This document shows positions 21,239 through 32,390 of a DNA stretch of 64,000 nucleotides, piece by piece (position 1 is the first letter of the stretch; each line of letters opens with the position of its first letter). This DNA comes from an uncultured Chthonomonadaceae bacterium. GTDB lineage: Bacteria > Armatimonadota > Chthonomonadetes > Chthonomonadales > Chthonomonadaceae. Below the pieces are notes generated by a model that saw only the letters and a list, made by a program, of their open reading frames with translations, did not search any database and was not told where the DNA came from. The DNA lies in the NCBI GenBank assembly GCA_963835065.1, contig CAWIEK010000001.1, positions 1 to 64,000 of the forward strand. Reading direction: 5' to 3'. The position numbers were made by a program, and so were the translations under genes.

Positions 21239-22366
21239 ATGTCTCGTTCCATGAAAAAAACAGTGGTTACAAGCCTGGCTTTGCTGGGCCTGCTGCCTTG
21301 CGCGCTTTCCGCGCAGGTGTTCCGCCAAACCAATCTCGTCACCGATGATCAAACCGTCAACCCCGCCGCCAGCGTTGACCCTAACTTGAAAAACGGCTGG
21401 GGCATTTCCTATGGCGCGACGGGGCCGTTCTGGATTTCCAACAACGCGACGGGAACCTCCACCCTGTACCGCGTCAATGCCGCCAATGTGCCTTCGACAG
21501 TTCCCCTGGTTGTCACCATTCCCGGCGATGGCAGCGTGACCGGGCAAGTCAACAACAGCGCGCCCACCCACTTCAACGGCGATAATTTCCTGTTTGTCAG
21601 CGAAGACGGCACGATTTCGGGTTGGCGGGGCGCCCTGGGAACGGCGGCGGAAACGTTTGCGTCCGCTTCTAGCGGCAACGTTTACAAAGGCGCGGCTATC
21701 GCGCAGACCGGCGGGCATACCAACTTCTACGCCGCCAACTTCCGCGCCAACACCATTGACGCTTTTCAGGACAGCGCAGGTACGCGCCTGCTCACGAGCG
21801 CGTTTCAGGACGCCGGGCTGCCTGCGGGCTACGCGCCCTTCAACATCCAAAATCTGAACGGCAGGCTGTACGTTGCTTATGCCCTGCAGGATGGAGCCAA
21901 GCACGATGAGGTAGATGGAGCGGGGAACGGCTTTGTGGACGTGTTCGATTTGAACGGCAATTTGTTGGGGCGCGTGGGAACCGGCGGAACGCTGGACGCG
22001 CCCTGGGGACTTGCCATCGCCCCGACTTCCTTCGGCAGTTTCGCAGGCGACCTGCTGGTGGGCAACTTCGGAGATGGGCGCATCAACGCTTATAATCTCG
22101 CCACCAACACCTTTGCCGGGCAATTGCTGGACGAGGCGACGGGAAATCCGCTGGAAATTGACGGCCTGTGGGCGCTGACGCCGGGCAACAACGGGCAGGG
22201 GGGCAGCGCAAACACGCTGTTCTTTACCGCCGGTCCCAACGGCGAATCACACGGGCTTTTCGGCAGTCTCCAGGCCGTGCCGGAACCGGGCAGCGTCGCC
22301 TTTGTGGCTGCGCTGTGCCTGTCCGCAGGCGCGGGACTGCTGCGCCGTCGCCGTTCGCAACGGTAA
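21239..22366 (+). CDS. TIGR03118-family PEP-CTERM protein
   Basis: Signal peptide; QTNLVTD...NGWGI...LLVGNFGDGRINAY...IDGLWAL; C-terminal VPEPGS-TM-RRRR. Confidence 0.9.
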   Translation: MSRSMKKTVVTSLALLGLLPCALSAQVFRQTNLVTDDQTVNPAASVDPNLKNGWGISYGATGPFWISNNATGTSTLYRVNAANVPSTVPLVVTIPGDGSVTGQVNNSAPTHFNGDNFLFVSEDGTISGWRGALGTAAETFASASSGNVYKGAAIAQTGGHTNFYAANFRANTIDAFQDSAGTRLLTSAFQDAGLPAGYAPFNIQNLNGRLYVAYALQDGAKHDEVDGAGNGFVDVFDLNGNLLGRVGTGGTLDAPWGLAIAPTSFGSFAGDLLVGNFGDGRINAYNLATNTFAGQLLDEATGNPLEIDGLWALTPGNNGQGGSANTLFFTAGPNGESHGLFGSLQAVPEPGSVAFVAALCLSAGAGLLRRRRSQR

Positions 22367-22384
22367 TTGTTGCCATGGGCGGTA

Positions 22385-22486
22385 TGTCTGAACCATGATT
22401 TGCTGGCTTAACCGGATTACCAAGATGAACGCGCCTCCTCAATCCTGCGGATCACTAGAGTGCTGTGAAAATCATGGTTCAAGGCA
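22385..22486. repeat. Intergenic inverted-repeat element; a related end occurs at ~45250-45285
   Basis: tgtctgaaccatgattt ... aaatcatggttcaaggca; aaatcatggttcagaca at 45268. Confidence 0.65.
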
Positions 22487-22495
22487 CATGCAGAA

Positions 22496-23645
22496 TTATT
22501 CTTCAAAGGAAAGCGCGCGACTGTACGCTTCCGGCTTTTCTTTGCGCATCGCATTGGACAACGCGTCCCGCAGTAATGCCTGCGGGGAGGAAAAGGCGTA
22601 GGTTTCCAGAGCGTCGAGCGGCTCCCATCGAACTTGAGCGCAGTTGAGCGGAAAAGGAACTTGCGTTGAAGCGGCAAGCGCGGCTTCAAAGCCGTACAGC
22701 GTAATGCGGTGGTGCGTAACGCCGTGTTTCACTTTGGCGAGGCGCGGCCCAATCGCAACTTCAAGGCCGGTGATTTCCTTTGCCGCGCGAATCGCCCCCT
22801 CCTGCGGGGTTTCTCCTGACGCGCAAACCACGCGGGGGAATTCCCACAAGCCTCCCCACAGGCCGTGCATCGGACGCTGCACAATCAACACCTCTCCCAC
22901 AGCATTACGGATAACGGCGGAACTGTGCGTGACCGCAATGGTTGCGCGTCCCGGCGGGAATTCCGGCAGCGCGCTAGGGTCGGGCGTGTTGCCCGCCACA
23001 CAGTCCGCCAGCAGTGGGCATTGTTCGCACTTCGGGTCGGCAGGCTCACAAATCAACGCGCCCAATTCCATCAAGCCCTGATTGAAGTCACCCGGAAAAT
23101 CGGCGGGCACAAGTTGCGCTAGCCAGTGACCACAAGGCGGCCTGATTCTGCGTGGATTTCGGGTCGCCGCGCAGTCCGAACACGCGGCAAAGGACGCGAA
23201 TCACATTCGCGTCCACAAGGGGCTGGGGCAGGTTGTAGGCGATGGATAAAATCGCGCCCGACGTGTAGCGTCCAATGCCGGGGAGAGTGGCGATTGTTTC
23301 GGGCGTATCGGGAACCCTGCCGCCGTGCTGCGTCACGACCAGTTGCGCCGCCCGGTGCAGGTTGCGGGCGCGGGCATAATAGCCCAATCCGGCCCAATGT
23401 TTCAGCGCGTCCTCAATCGGCGCTTCGGCCAGCGCCTCAACAGTGGGAAACCGTTCTAGAAACCGATGGTAAAACGGAATTACCGTCGCCACCTGCGTCT
23501 GCTGCAGCATAATCTCCGACACCCAGACGCCATAGGGAGTCGCGCCGCGCCAGGGCAGGTCGCGCTTGTGAACCCGATACCAGGCCAGCAGATGTGCGGC
23601 AATGCGGGCGCGCGTTTCAGCAGAGATAGACGTTTGTTCGCTCAT
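22496..23645 (-). CDS. mutY: A/G-specific adenine glycosylase (frameshift near 23115)
   Basis: WVSEIMLQQTQV, LPGIGRYT, VDANVIRV, NQGLMELGALIC..CEQCPL..C, NUDIX-like tail. Confidence 0.93.
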
Positions 23646-23701
23646 AACATCTTATTGTAGCATATACTTGCTGTGCCGGGGATTGAAAATCCCCGATAAG
23701 A

Positions 23702-24742
23702 CTATTTGAAAACATCCCAGTAGTAGCGATCCCAAAAAAGTTGTATGGGCGCTTGGCGCTGAAACGCCTTGAAGTCTTGTGAAAGGGAAGCGGCGTTGGC
23801 GGGCACGCCCTTTTGCAGCTGCGCTCCCAATCGGCACGGCTCCTGCACGGCGGCATACGGCTGCGTGACGGCGGGAGTTTTGGCTTCGCAGCGGATGATC
23901 CACCAGGCATTGGCGAACAGGCGCGGGCCAAGCCGCTGTCCCGGCGACAACGCGAAAATCGCCTGTTCCATGCCGGGAATCTTGCTGCATTGCGAACGGC
24001 CCTGCGCGATGGGCGGAAGCAGCCCGCCGTTTTCGCGGCTTTGATCCTGACTGAAGGTTCGGGCGACAGCCGCGAAATCGGCTCCGGGAACCAGCGCGGC
24101 TTCTGCTTTGCGGCACTCGGCTTCGGTTTTCGTCACGATAATGGAAACGGTTGTTGTGGGCGGCGTGTAAAAGCGCGCATGAGGGTTGCGCGGATCGGTT
24201 TGCTGTTTGTAAAAAGCGCGCGCTTCGGCTTCGGAAGCGGTGACGCCGCTGCCGAACAGGGCTTCCTTCGCCATTTCCACGCGCAGGCCGCGCTTTACGT
24301 CTTCCACTGTTTGATGCCGCTCTTTGAGTTGCCGTTCAAACGCCGGCGACTGCCGCAGCGCCTGCAAGCGGGCGTTTACGGCGGCTTCCGTCGGCTCCGC
24401 GCCCCGCCTGTGGGCAAAGTGCAGCGTCAATTCCTCGTTCACCATTTTGCGCAGGGTTTGCGCCCCGGCTTCCTGTTCCAAGCGGTGATAAAAATCGTCC
24501 GAAGTGATGGTCACGCCGTCTACGGTGGCGACTATTTTCGCGGACGCATGGCGGTTGTGCATGACCAACACGCCGATTGCCACGCCCACCAGCAGGGACG
24601 CGAGAACAGTCAGAGCGGCGCTTAAATTCAAGCCCCGCCGCTTGTCCGGGATCGGGCGTAACAACAGGCGCGCTTGCCGCTTCCTCCTGCCAGTCTTCCA
24701 ATTCACTGTGGGTGATGCCTGCGCCGGTTTGCTGCGCGACAT
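23702..24742 (-). CDS. SurA/PrsA-like parvulin peptidyl-prolyl isomerase, membrane anchored
   Basis: TM, IVATVDGVTITSDDFY, DFAAVARTFSQDQSRENGGLL. Confidence 0.85.
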   Translation of the reverse strand: MSRSKPAQASPTVNWKTGRRKRQARLLLRPIPDKRRGLNLSAALTVLASLLVGVAIGVLVMHNRHASAKIVATVDGVTITSDDFYHRLEQEAGAQTLRKMVNEELTLHFAHRRGAEPTEAAVNARLQALRQSPAFERQLKERHQTVEDVKRGLRVEMAKEALFGSGVTASEAEARAFYKQQTDPRNPHARFYTPPTTTVSIIVTKTEAECRKAEAALVPGADFAAVARTFSQDQSRENGGLLPPIAQGRSQCSKIPGMEQAIFALSPGQRLGPRLFANAWWIIRCEAKTPAVTQPYAAVQEPCRLGAQLQKGVPANAASLSQDFKAFQRQAPIQLFWDRYYWDVFK

Positions 24743-24759
24743 GCGGTTTTTGTTCCATT

Positions 24760-25380
24760 CTAATGCGATCTTTCTCTGTAATGTGATTTTAAGGTTTGCA
24801 ATGGAGCCAGCGTTTGGCGGGCGAAATCGAGCAGGACGGCGTGATTGGCGGGTGTGTCGGGCGCGCTCAGGCGGATGAGAAGTGTGCCGCGCCCTCCCAA
24901 ACGGTGCAGCAGGTTTTGCAGTGTACGGCGCGTTGTGTCCGTGCTGGAAGTGGCTTCCGTCCACCAGAACAGCGCTTCGAGGGTTTCCGCGCCCTTGCGG
25001 ACATGAAGGTCGGTCATGGCCTGCCCGGAAATAGTAATGGGCGCGGACTGCTGTATTTCCCAGCCCTGACCGGGCAGGCATTGCTGCGGGTCGTGAATGT
25101 CTACGGTATCCGCCGCCGTGACCAGCAGCATATTGACGACATGGCCGCTCGGATTGGCGTACATCCTGTCCAGCACGTCGGCGGAAGGGATGCGCCACTG
25201 CACATCCGCCTCCAGCGGGCGATCTTCAACGCTTTCCCATCCGCCGACTTGACGGGGAAATTCATGGATGGGCAGGGGGATTTGCCGCCGCCACGCGCCA
25301 CGCGCAAACATCGCGTTGACGCTCAACGCGCCGAAGCAGCAGGCGAGGGCGCAGGCAGAAAGAATTTTGGTACGGCGCAT
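24760..25380 (-). CDS. EpsI-family exosortase-associated protein
   Basis: FPRQVGGW, HDPQQCLPGQGW; adjacent to the exosortase. Confidence 0.85.
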   Translation of the reverse strand: MRRTKILSACALACCFGALSVNAMFARGAWRRQIPLPIHEFPRQVGGWESVEDRPLEADVQWRIPSADVLDRMYANPSGHVVNMLLVTAADTVDIHDPQQCLPGQGWEIQQSAPITISGQAMTDLHVRKGAETLEALFWWTEATSSTDTTRRTLQNLLHRLGGRGTLLIRLSAPDTPANHAVLLDFARQTLAPLQTLKSHYRERSH

Positions 25381-26204
25381 CCGATGTGTTTCCCAAGCAG
25401 AACGGTGAAAGCAAAGGCCAGAACCAGCACGGCCAGTTCCGCCCAATCATGCGCAATCGTCAGGGCGCGGGGTCCGCCCGCCCATGCGGCGGCAATCAGG
25501 CCGCATACGCGAACGATGTTTGCCAGCACGGCAATGGGCGCGACCATCAAAATCAAAAACACGCGCTTGCGCAGGCTGATAGGATATAAGTAGCCGTACA
25601 GCGTGGCGAACAGAATCAGCGCGGTCAGTTTGCGAAACCCGCTGCACGCTTCCACGACTTCGAGGGCGACGCCGGGCAGTTCGATGATGTTGCCGGAGCG
25701 AAACAAGGGGTAGCCGAGCGTCTTCATAATCGTGGCGGCTCCCACAACGCTGCAATGCTGCACCCACGCGGCAGGCGCGTTCAGCCACGCAACCGGAATT
25801 TTGGCGGCGAAAAACAAAAAGCAGACGGGAAACTGAACGACGCGCCATAAGTTCGGGCCGTGCCAGAACAGCACACACCCCGCAATCACGGGAATCAGCG
25901 ACACCATGCCCAAAAACTTGAAATCCAGCAAGTGTCCCGCGATTTGCATCAGCAGGCCGAGCGCAAGCGGCAGCAATCCCCATGCGGTCGGGCGTGGAAC
26001 GGCCTGAAGTATCTGTTCCCGCTGCATCCAGAGCAGCCAGATGGCAATGGGAAACACGAACATGCCGTGCGCGTTCTGCTCCCTGCCGAACCACCATGCC
26101 GCCGTCGCCCACACTTCCGGCACGTAAATCAGCAGCAGCGCGACAAGGCACAGGGCAAGGCTGCGCGGGCATCTGATCAGAACATGGCGTATCCGTGTCA
26201 TCAT
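25323..26204 (-). CDS. Exosortase/archaeosortase family protein
   Basis: Multi-TM; catalytic motifs VVEACSGFR, LANIVR, AHDW. Confidence 0.92.
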   Translation of the reverse strand: MMTRIRHVLIRCPRSLALCLVALLLIYVPEVWATAAWWFGREQNAHGMFVFPIAIWLLWMQREQILQAVPRPTAWGLLPLALGLLMQIAGHLLDFKFLGMVSLIPVIAGCVLFWHGPNLWRVVQFPVCFLFFAAKIPVAWLNAPAAWVQHCSVVGAATIMKTLGYPLFRSGNIIELPGVALEVVEACSGFRKLTALILFATLYGYLYPISLRKRVFLILMVAPIAVLANIVRVCGLIAAAWAGGPRALTIAHDWAELAVLVLAFAFTVLLGKHIGCAVPKFFLPAPSPAASAR

Positions 26205-26220
26205 TATAATCACAAAATGT

Positions 26221-26377
26221 AACTTTTCACCACCAAGACGCCAAGAACACCAAGCAGAACGAGAAGAACAAAAAGACATTGTGAAATCGCAGGAGAGAAT
26301 GAAACTGTCTTCGATTCTGTGGCTTTTTAGTTGCCTGTTTTCTCTTGGTGTTCTTGGCGTCTTGGTGGTGAAAAGTT
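26221..26377. repeat. MITE/REP-like element with 34-bp terminal inverted repeats, copy 1
   Basis: aacttttcaccaccaagacgccaagaacaccaag ... cttggtgttcttggcgtcttggtggtgaaaagtt. Confidence 0.85.
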
Positions 26378-26387
26378 ACCACAAAAA

Positions 26388-26960
26388 TCAGGGTTCAAAA
26401 CGAGGATTTTCACTTCCTGCCGCGGTTGGACGGCGCTGCCGACGCTGCCGCCACAATCCGTACCCGCCTGCGCCAAGCAGCCCGGCAACCGACAAGGTAG
26501 TTCCGAACTCCGGCACGGCCTGAATGTGGACATTGAATGAAGTCTGCGTCACCGACGTACTTGGAGAGGTTGTGGTATCCGAAAGATTGACCGTAACTGT
26601 ATAATCGCCGGGGGGCGCTACGCCGTTTGGCGTAAACTTCAGAAACTCACCCGATTGCGTCTCGGTGGGAGCATACGTATGCCCGGACTCGGTGTAATAA
26701 TCTCCTAGCAGCGCGCTATAATTAGCGCCAGGAGAATCATTGTAATACATATCCACCAAAGACCCTGTAGACATTAGCGAATAACTGTTTACAAATATTG
26801 GGGTAGCGGACGTATTGAAGAGCGTAGCGGAAATGGTGAACACATCCCCCTGATTGACAACTACGTCGGGAATAGTAAAGTCCAGACCGCCCTGCCCGTG
26901 AGCAACGTGGGGAAGTAGGAACAGCAGGGTCAATAAAGAAAGGAACGCGCGAAATTTCAT
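26388..26960 (-). CDS. Small secreted protein with PEP-CTERM-like sorting tail (VPEF variant)
   Basis: Signal peptide; VPEFGTTLSVAGLLGAGGYGLWRQRRQRR. Confidence 0.85.
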   Translation of the reverse strand: MKFRAFLSLLTLLFLLPHVAHGQGGLDFTIPDVVVNQGDVFTISATLFNTSATPIFVNSYSLMSTGSLVDMYYNDSPGANYSALLGDYYTESGHTYAPTETQSGEFLKFTPNGVAPPGDYTVTVNLSDTTTSPSTSVTQTSFNVHIQAVPEFGTTLSVAGLLGAGGYGLWRQRRQRRPTAAGSENPRFEP

Positions 26961-27067
26961 AGATTATTCTTTTTTCGATGCCCTTGCGCTGCGAAACGGG
27001 TTGGCATTGTTCTCGCGCAAGGGCTGATTCGGGTTTGGTTTATGGCGGTATTGTCCGCGCATGAGTA

Positions 27068-30000
27068 TTACGGCACGGTGACGGGCGCGTTCAGGGAATA
27101 GGACGAGGTGTTGTACGCGCCGGACACCTGAAAGACATAATTGCCTGCCGCTACGGAGGAAGCAAACAGGCCGCTTCCACTCAGACTGGCTCCCACCGCA
27201 AGCATTGTCGGGGTTCCGCCTGTTATAGTTTGAGCCGTGTACGAGGCGGCGCTGCTGGTCAGGCGCAGTTTGGTGACGGTGACGTTGTTAGCGGTCGCTG
27301 TGCCGTTGTTGGTGACGGTGTAGTTTACCTGCACCTGCCCGTTCACGCGCTGCACACTCGTTACGCTCACGGTCAGACGAGCCGCTCCAACAACCGTAAA
27401 GGGCAGAGCGCCACTCGCGCTGCCGCCGTAAACCGGGTTGTACACGCTGATACTTGCGGTTGTCGGCGATGCCGTGAGCGTGGACGGCACAATCGCTTGC
27501 AGTTTGGTGGGCGAGACATAGATCGTGCTGAGGTTTGTCGCGCCGTTCCATAAAACCTGTGAACTGGACAGGAAGTTGCTGCCGGTCAGGGTCAGAGGTG
27601 GCGGCTCCGCCGCCCGCGTTAGCGGTTGCGGGCGTCAGGCCGGTCAGCGCGGGTAGGAGTTGTCATAAACAAGACTTACAATGTCGTTACTCGTTGTTGC
27701 GCCCAGGGACGTTCCGGCCACGTACACGCTGCCGTTGACATCTACGGCAAGGCTGACCGCTTGATCGCCCCCGTTGCCCGTGCCGTTGTAGGTGAGAATC
27801 TGCTGCTGAACCCCGGCATTGCTGTACTTGATGGTGGCAAAGTCAATGCCGCTGGAATTGTTGGTCACGTAGCCGGTGACATACACATTGCCGCTGCTGT
27901 CTAAGGCAATTGCTTTGGCTTCATCATCGCCGTTGCCCGCGCCGTTATACGTGGCAATCCACTGCCGCGTACCCCCACTGTCGTACTTGATGGTCACGTA
28001 ATCGTTGCCCGTATTGCTCCCGGCGACATTGGCCGCGTAGCCGGTGGCATAGATGTTGCCCGCGCTGTCAACAGTCACGGCGTTGGCCTGATCGAAAAGG
28101 CCGGCATCCGAGTAGGTTCGCGCCCATAGAGGCGCTCCGCCGCTGTCGTATTTAACAACCGCGAAATCGTAGCCGGTTGCGCTGCCGGAAACGGAGCCTG
28201 CAACGATTACATTGCCGCTGCCATCAACGGCAATGGCAAATGCCTGATCGCTGCCATGCCCGCCATCGTACAAAGCGACCCACTTCTGTGTCCCGCTGGA
28301 ATCATACTTGACAGTCGCAAAGTCCAGGGCAGTGGCGCTATTAAAAGAATAACCCGTCACGTACACATTGCCGCTGCCGTCAACGGTAAGGGCGGCTGCC
28401 GTATCGGTGCTGCCGCCATCATAGCGAGCCGTCCACTTCTGCGCCCCGGTGGTGTCGTACTTGATGGTCAGGTAATCGGTGCTGTTGCCATTGTCCGACG
28501 TTCCCGTGACATACACATTGCCCGCGCTGTCTGCGGCGATAGCCACCGCCATATCCGACAGGTTGGCTGTGCTGTTGTAGAACTGCGCCCACTGCTGTAC
28601 GCCGTTCGTGTCGTACTTGATGGTCACATAATCGTTGCCCGTGCTGCTGCCGCCCATGCTGTTGCCGACGACATTGGCCGCGTAGCCGGTGATGTACACA
28701 TTGCCATTGCCATCAAGGGCTAAACCTGTGGTTTGCCCGACAGCCTGGTAAGTTGCCTTCCACAGCACAGCGCCGTTGTGGGCGTACTTGATCGTATAAA
28801 ATTTGCTGGCGTTGTAGCCGGTGACATAGAAGTTGCCGCTGCTGTCGGCTTTGATGGCAACCGCCGTGTCGCTGCTGCTGCCCGCCGCGTCCGTAACGGC
28901 TGTCCAGGCGACATTGCCGTTGGCATCATATTTCAGCGTGGCGTAATCGCTTAAGGTTCCACTGTTGGTATCATCCACTGTGCCGGAAACATAGACATTG
29001 CCGCTGCCATCCACCGCAATAGCGTTTGCCGTATCCGTATGATTGCCGGGACCAGAGTAGGTTTGCGCCCACTGCTGCGTACCCGTTATGTTGTCGTACT
29101 TCACGGTGGCGAAGTCATTTCCCGTCGTATTGCTGATGTAGGCGGAGCCGGTCACATACACGTTGCCGCTGCTGTCAAGGGCAAGGGCGTAAGCCGCATC
29201 GGAGCCGTCGCCCGGTCCGTCATAGGTTGTGGCCCATTGCTGAACCCCGCCGCTGTTGTACTTCACGGTCGCGTAGTCCATGCTGTTGCTCGTGTTGCCG
29301 CCGATTACATTGGCAGTATACGCCGTGCCGGTGACATACACGTTGCCGTTGCTGTCTACGGCAATGGCGTTGGCCTGATCGTTGCCGTTGGCCGTGCCGT
29401 TGTAGGGGGTCGCCCACTGCTGTACGCCCATCGCGTTGTACTTGACTGTCAGGTAGTCATTGCCGCTGCCGCCCACCACGTTGGCAGCGTGACCGGTGAC
29501 GTACACATTTCCCGAGCCGTCAACGGCAAGAGCGGTGGGTTGATCCGAACCGCTGCCCGCGCTTGAATAGGGAGTAGTCCACACCGCCGCGCTCAAAGCG
29601 TTGTCGTACTTGATGGTGACATAATCATTATCGCTGGCAGAAGTCACGACGTTTTTGGCGTAACCCGTCACGTACACATTTCCCACGCTGTCAATGGCAA
29701 GGGCAGTCGCCTGATCGGTGTTGATGCCTGCGCTGGTATAAATTTGGATTCCCTGCTGCACACCGCTGCTGTTGTACTTGATGGTCGCATAATCCGTGCC
29801 GTTGTTGCTGCTGAACGATCCGCCCGTGACAAACACGCTGCCATTGCCATCTACGGCGAGGGCAGTGGCTTGATCCGAATTGTTGCCCGTGCCGTTGTAG
29901 GGAGTCGCCCACTGCTGTACGCCGTTGGGATTGTACTTGATGGTGATATAATCGTTGCCGCTGTTGGCGCTGACATTGTTGACGGAATAGCCGGTGACAT

Positions 30001-30378
30001 ACACGCTGCCGTAGGTGTCAAAGGTAATGGCGGCAGGACGGTCATCGCCGTTGCGGGGGCCGTTGTAGGTTGCTGTCCAAACGACAGCGCCCGTATCATC
30101 GTATTTGACCGTGTAAATGTCGTCGCCCGTAGACCCGTTTGTGGATAGCCGGTGACATAGGTGTTACCGCCTATCGTGTCATGGGCCATAGCAACCTCGA
30201 CATTGCTCAGGCTCGTGGAGCCATCGAAGCGGGTCGTGGTCGTCTGCGCCTGCGCGATTTCCGCGCTGAACGCAAACCAGAGCAGCGCGGCCAACAAACC
30301 CGCGAACCAATGCGAGCGAGAGGGAACGCGCGGAAACAACGAACCCGCAGCGCGCCGATGAGCGAGTGACAGCAGCAT
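27068..30378 (-). CDS. Large secreted SBBP (beta-propeller) repeat protein with C-terminal Ig-like domains; several frameshifts
   Basis: More than 12 repeats of A(L/I)A(V/L)DxxGNVYVTG...DY.TIKY...QW; signal peptide in the ORF starting at 30378; Ig-like tail 27068-27660. Confidence 0.85.
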
Positions 30379-30798
30379 CAGAAACTCCTCAAACGTTCCT
30401 GCGGCGTGAACAGCAGAAAACGGAAGCAAAAGACGAAAATCGAAGTCGCCTGCAAGATCAACAACAATTGGCTTGCAGGTCCGACACTTCAAGGAAAAAG
30501 GCGGATAAAACAAAATCGTTAAGAAAACGTCAACAGACCGACAATGCGCTTACAAAACGTTGCGGGGACAAGTTTTGGCAGCGTCCGGCAGATTGCGAGT
30601 CAGGCAGGGGGATACACCGTCGCGCAGCCAGGCGTGAGGCGGCAAGCAAGTTTGCCTGAAAATGCAGCCTAATCCAAGTATATTGCATGAATCGTGCCAA
30701 AGCAAGACACTCGGCATTTTTCTTACGAAAACCAGTATAATACTTTCCTGCCTTCCGCCATTGGACGAAAACTACCGGCAGGAAAAACTTAGCCACTA

Positions 30799-32280
30799 AT
30801 GGATAGACAACGAATGTCGCTCACTATGAATGATACCGCCACCGCAAACGATTTAGCCGCGCTTGCGCTTGAAGTTTTCCAGCCGGACAGCCTGCGGCGC
30901 GGCGCGCTTTCCGGCCCGCGCGCCCGCCTGCCCGAAAGCGTTCTCAAGGTCGAGATCAATCCTGTCCTGCTGCGGGGCGAGCGCAAGTACCAGTTCGCGT
31001 ACCACCAGCAGCAAAAAGTCACGCACCGCAACCTGGCCGCGCCGGAAGCGCAAGCCGAACTCGTCACCCTTCTTTCCACGCAGTTCAAGCAAGGCATTTT
31101 TTACACCCTCTCCGGCGAGGTTCACACGTTGCTTAACAAGCGCCATGAAGTGACGGTACGCCGCGTAGGAAGAAAAGAAGAAGAAAAGAAGAAAAGAAAA
31201 GAAGAGAAGACGGAAGACGGCGGTCTATCAACTATCAACTATCAACTATCAACTTCCCCCTCCTTTCCCCACGACCGCGCCAAGAATCACATTCTGCCGG
31301 AGGGGGAGGCGGTTCCGTTTTTGGTGAAATTGGGCGTGATGAGCGCGGACGGCAAAGTGATTGCAACGAAACGCGACAAGTTTCGGCAGATCAACCGCTT
31401 TCTGGAAATGGTCGCGGACGTGACCGAGCCATTAATGGAGCGCGCCCGCCAACATCCCGGCCAGCCGTTGCGGATTGTAGATTTTGGCTGCGGCAAAGGC
31501 TATCTCACGTTCGCGCTGTACCACTATCTGCACACCCTGCGCGGCTTAAACCTGTCCCTGCTCGGCGTGGATGTAAAGCAGGACGTACTCGCGCAATTAA
31601 CCACCCTTGCCGAAGAATTGGACTATTCCGGTCTTTCGTTTCTTGTAAGCGACATCCGCAACGTGACTTTGCAGCAGGGAACAGGGAACAGGATACAGGG
31701 AACAGGAGAGGAGAAGACAGAAGACAGAAGACAGAAGATAGAAGACGAGAATGCCTTATCAACTATCAACTATCAACTATCAACTCAGAACCCTCAACTT
31801 GACTTGGTTGTCGCGCTTCACGCCTGCGATACCGCAACGGATGACGCGCTGGCGAAGGCCGTTGCGTGGAACGCGCGGGTGATTCTGGCCGCGCCGTGCT
31901 GTCAGCACGAGCTTTATTCTAAAATTGAAAACGACGCGCTTGGGCCTATGCTGCGGCACGGCATCATTCGGGAACGGCTCAATGCGCTCGTGACCGACAC
32001 ACTGCGCGCCGAACTGTTGGCGGCGCATGGCTACCATGTGCAGATGCTGGAGTTCGTGGACGCGGAACACACGCCCAAAAACCTGCTTATCCGCGCCACG
32101 CAGCGCGCTGCTACCGAAAAAAAGGCGGTAAACGCGGCGGAAAATGCAGCCTTGCGGGAGGCGGCGCAGGAAACTTATGCCCGGTTCCGCGATTTTTGGC
32201 ATGTTCAGCCTTATATGGAGCAGGCATTGCAGCAGGGGATGTCGAATCAAAACGTACCCGATGAGGCCCCATCTGACTGA
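30799..32280 (+). CDS. SAM-dependent methyltransferase (Methyltransf_32-like) with two low-complexity insertions
   Basis: KFRQINRFLE, IVDFGCGKGYLTF, ALHACDTATD, APCCQHE, EHTPKN. Confidence 0.88.
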   Translation: MDRQRMSLTMNDTATANDLAALALEVFQPDSLRRGALSGPRARLPESVLKVEINPVLLRGERKYQFAYHQQQKVTHRNLAAPEAQAELVTLLSTQFKQGIFYTLSGEVHTLLNKRHEVTVRRVGRKEEEKKKRKEEKTEDGGLSTINYQLSTSPSFPHDRAKNHILPEGEAVPFLVKLGVMSADGKVIATKRDKFRQINRFLEMVADVTEPLMERARQHPGQPLRIVDFGCGKGYLTFALYHYLHTLRGLNLSLLGVDVKQDVLAQLTTLAEELDYSGLSFLVSDIRNVTLQQGTGNRIQGTGEEKTEDRRQKIEDENALSTINYQLSTQNPQLDLVVALHACDTATDDALAKAVAWNARVILAAPCCQHELYSKIENDALGPMLRHGIIRERLNALVTDTLRAELLAAHGYHVQMLEFVDAEHTPKNLLIRATQRAATEKKAVNAAENAALREAAQETYARFRDFWHVQPYMEQALQQGMSNQNVPDEAPSD

Positions 32281-32390
32281 AGAATATCACTGTATCCCCA
32301 TACGTAAATGCAGGGGGCTTAGCGATTTGAACTCTGATAATCCGATTTGAAATAACAGGTTCTCCCACATTGCAAGAAAGTGAGCGATCT

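Noticed and set aside
20017..21342. Long antisense ORFs (also 32319-33401, 38044-39423 and others)
   Set aside because: Shadows of real genes in GC-rich DNA.
27644..30004. Regularly spaced repeats that could suggest CRISPR or a DGR
   Set aside because: They are degenerate in-frame protein (SBBP) repeats; no identical repeats with unique spacers, no cas or reverse transcriptase genes.
30530..30670. c-di-GMP-I riboswitch upstream of the SBBP gene (GGCAAAC on minus strand)
   Set aside because: No GAAA-capped stem or GACGCAAA follow-on motif.
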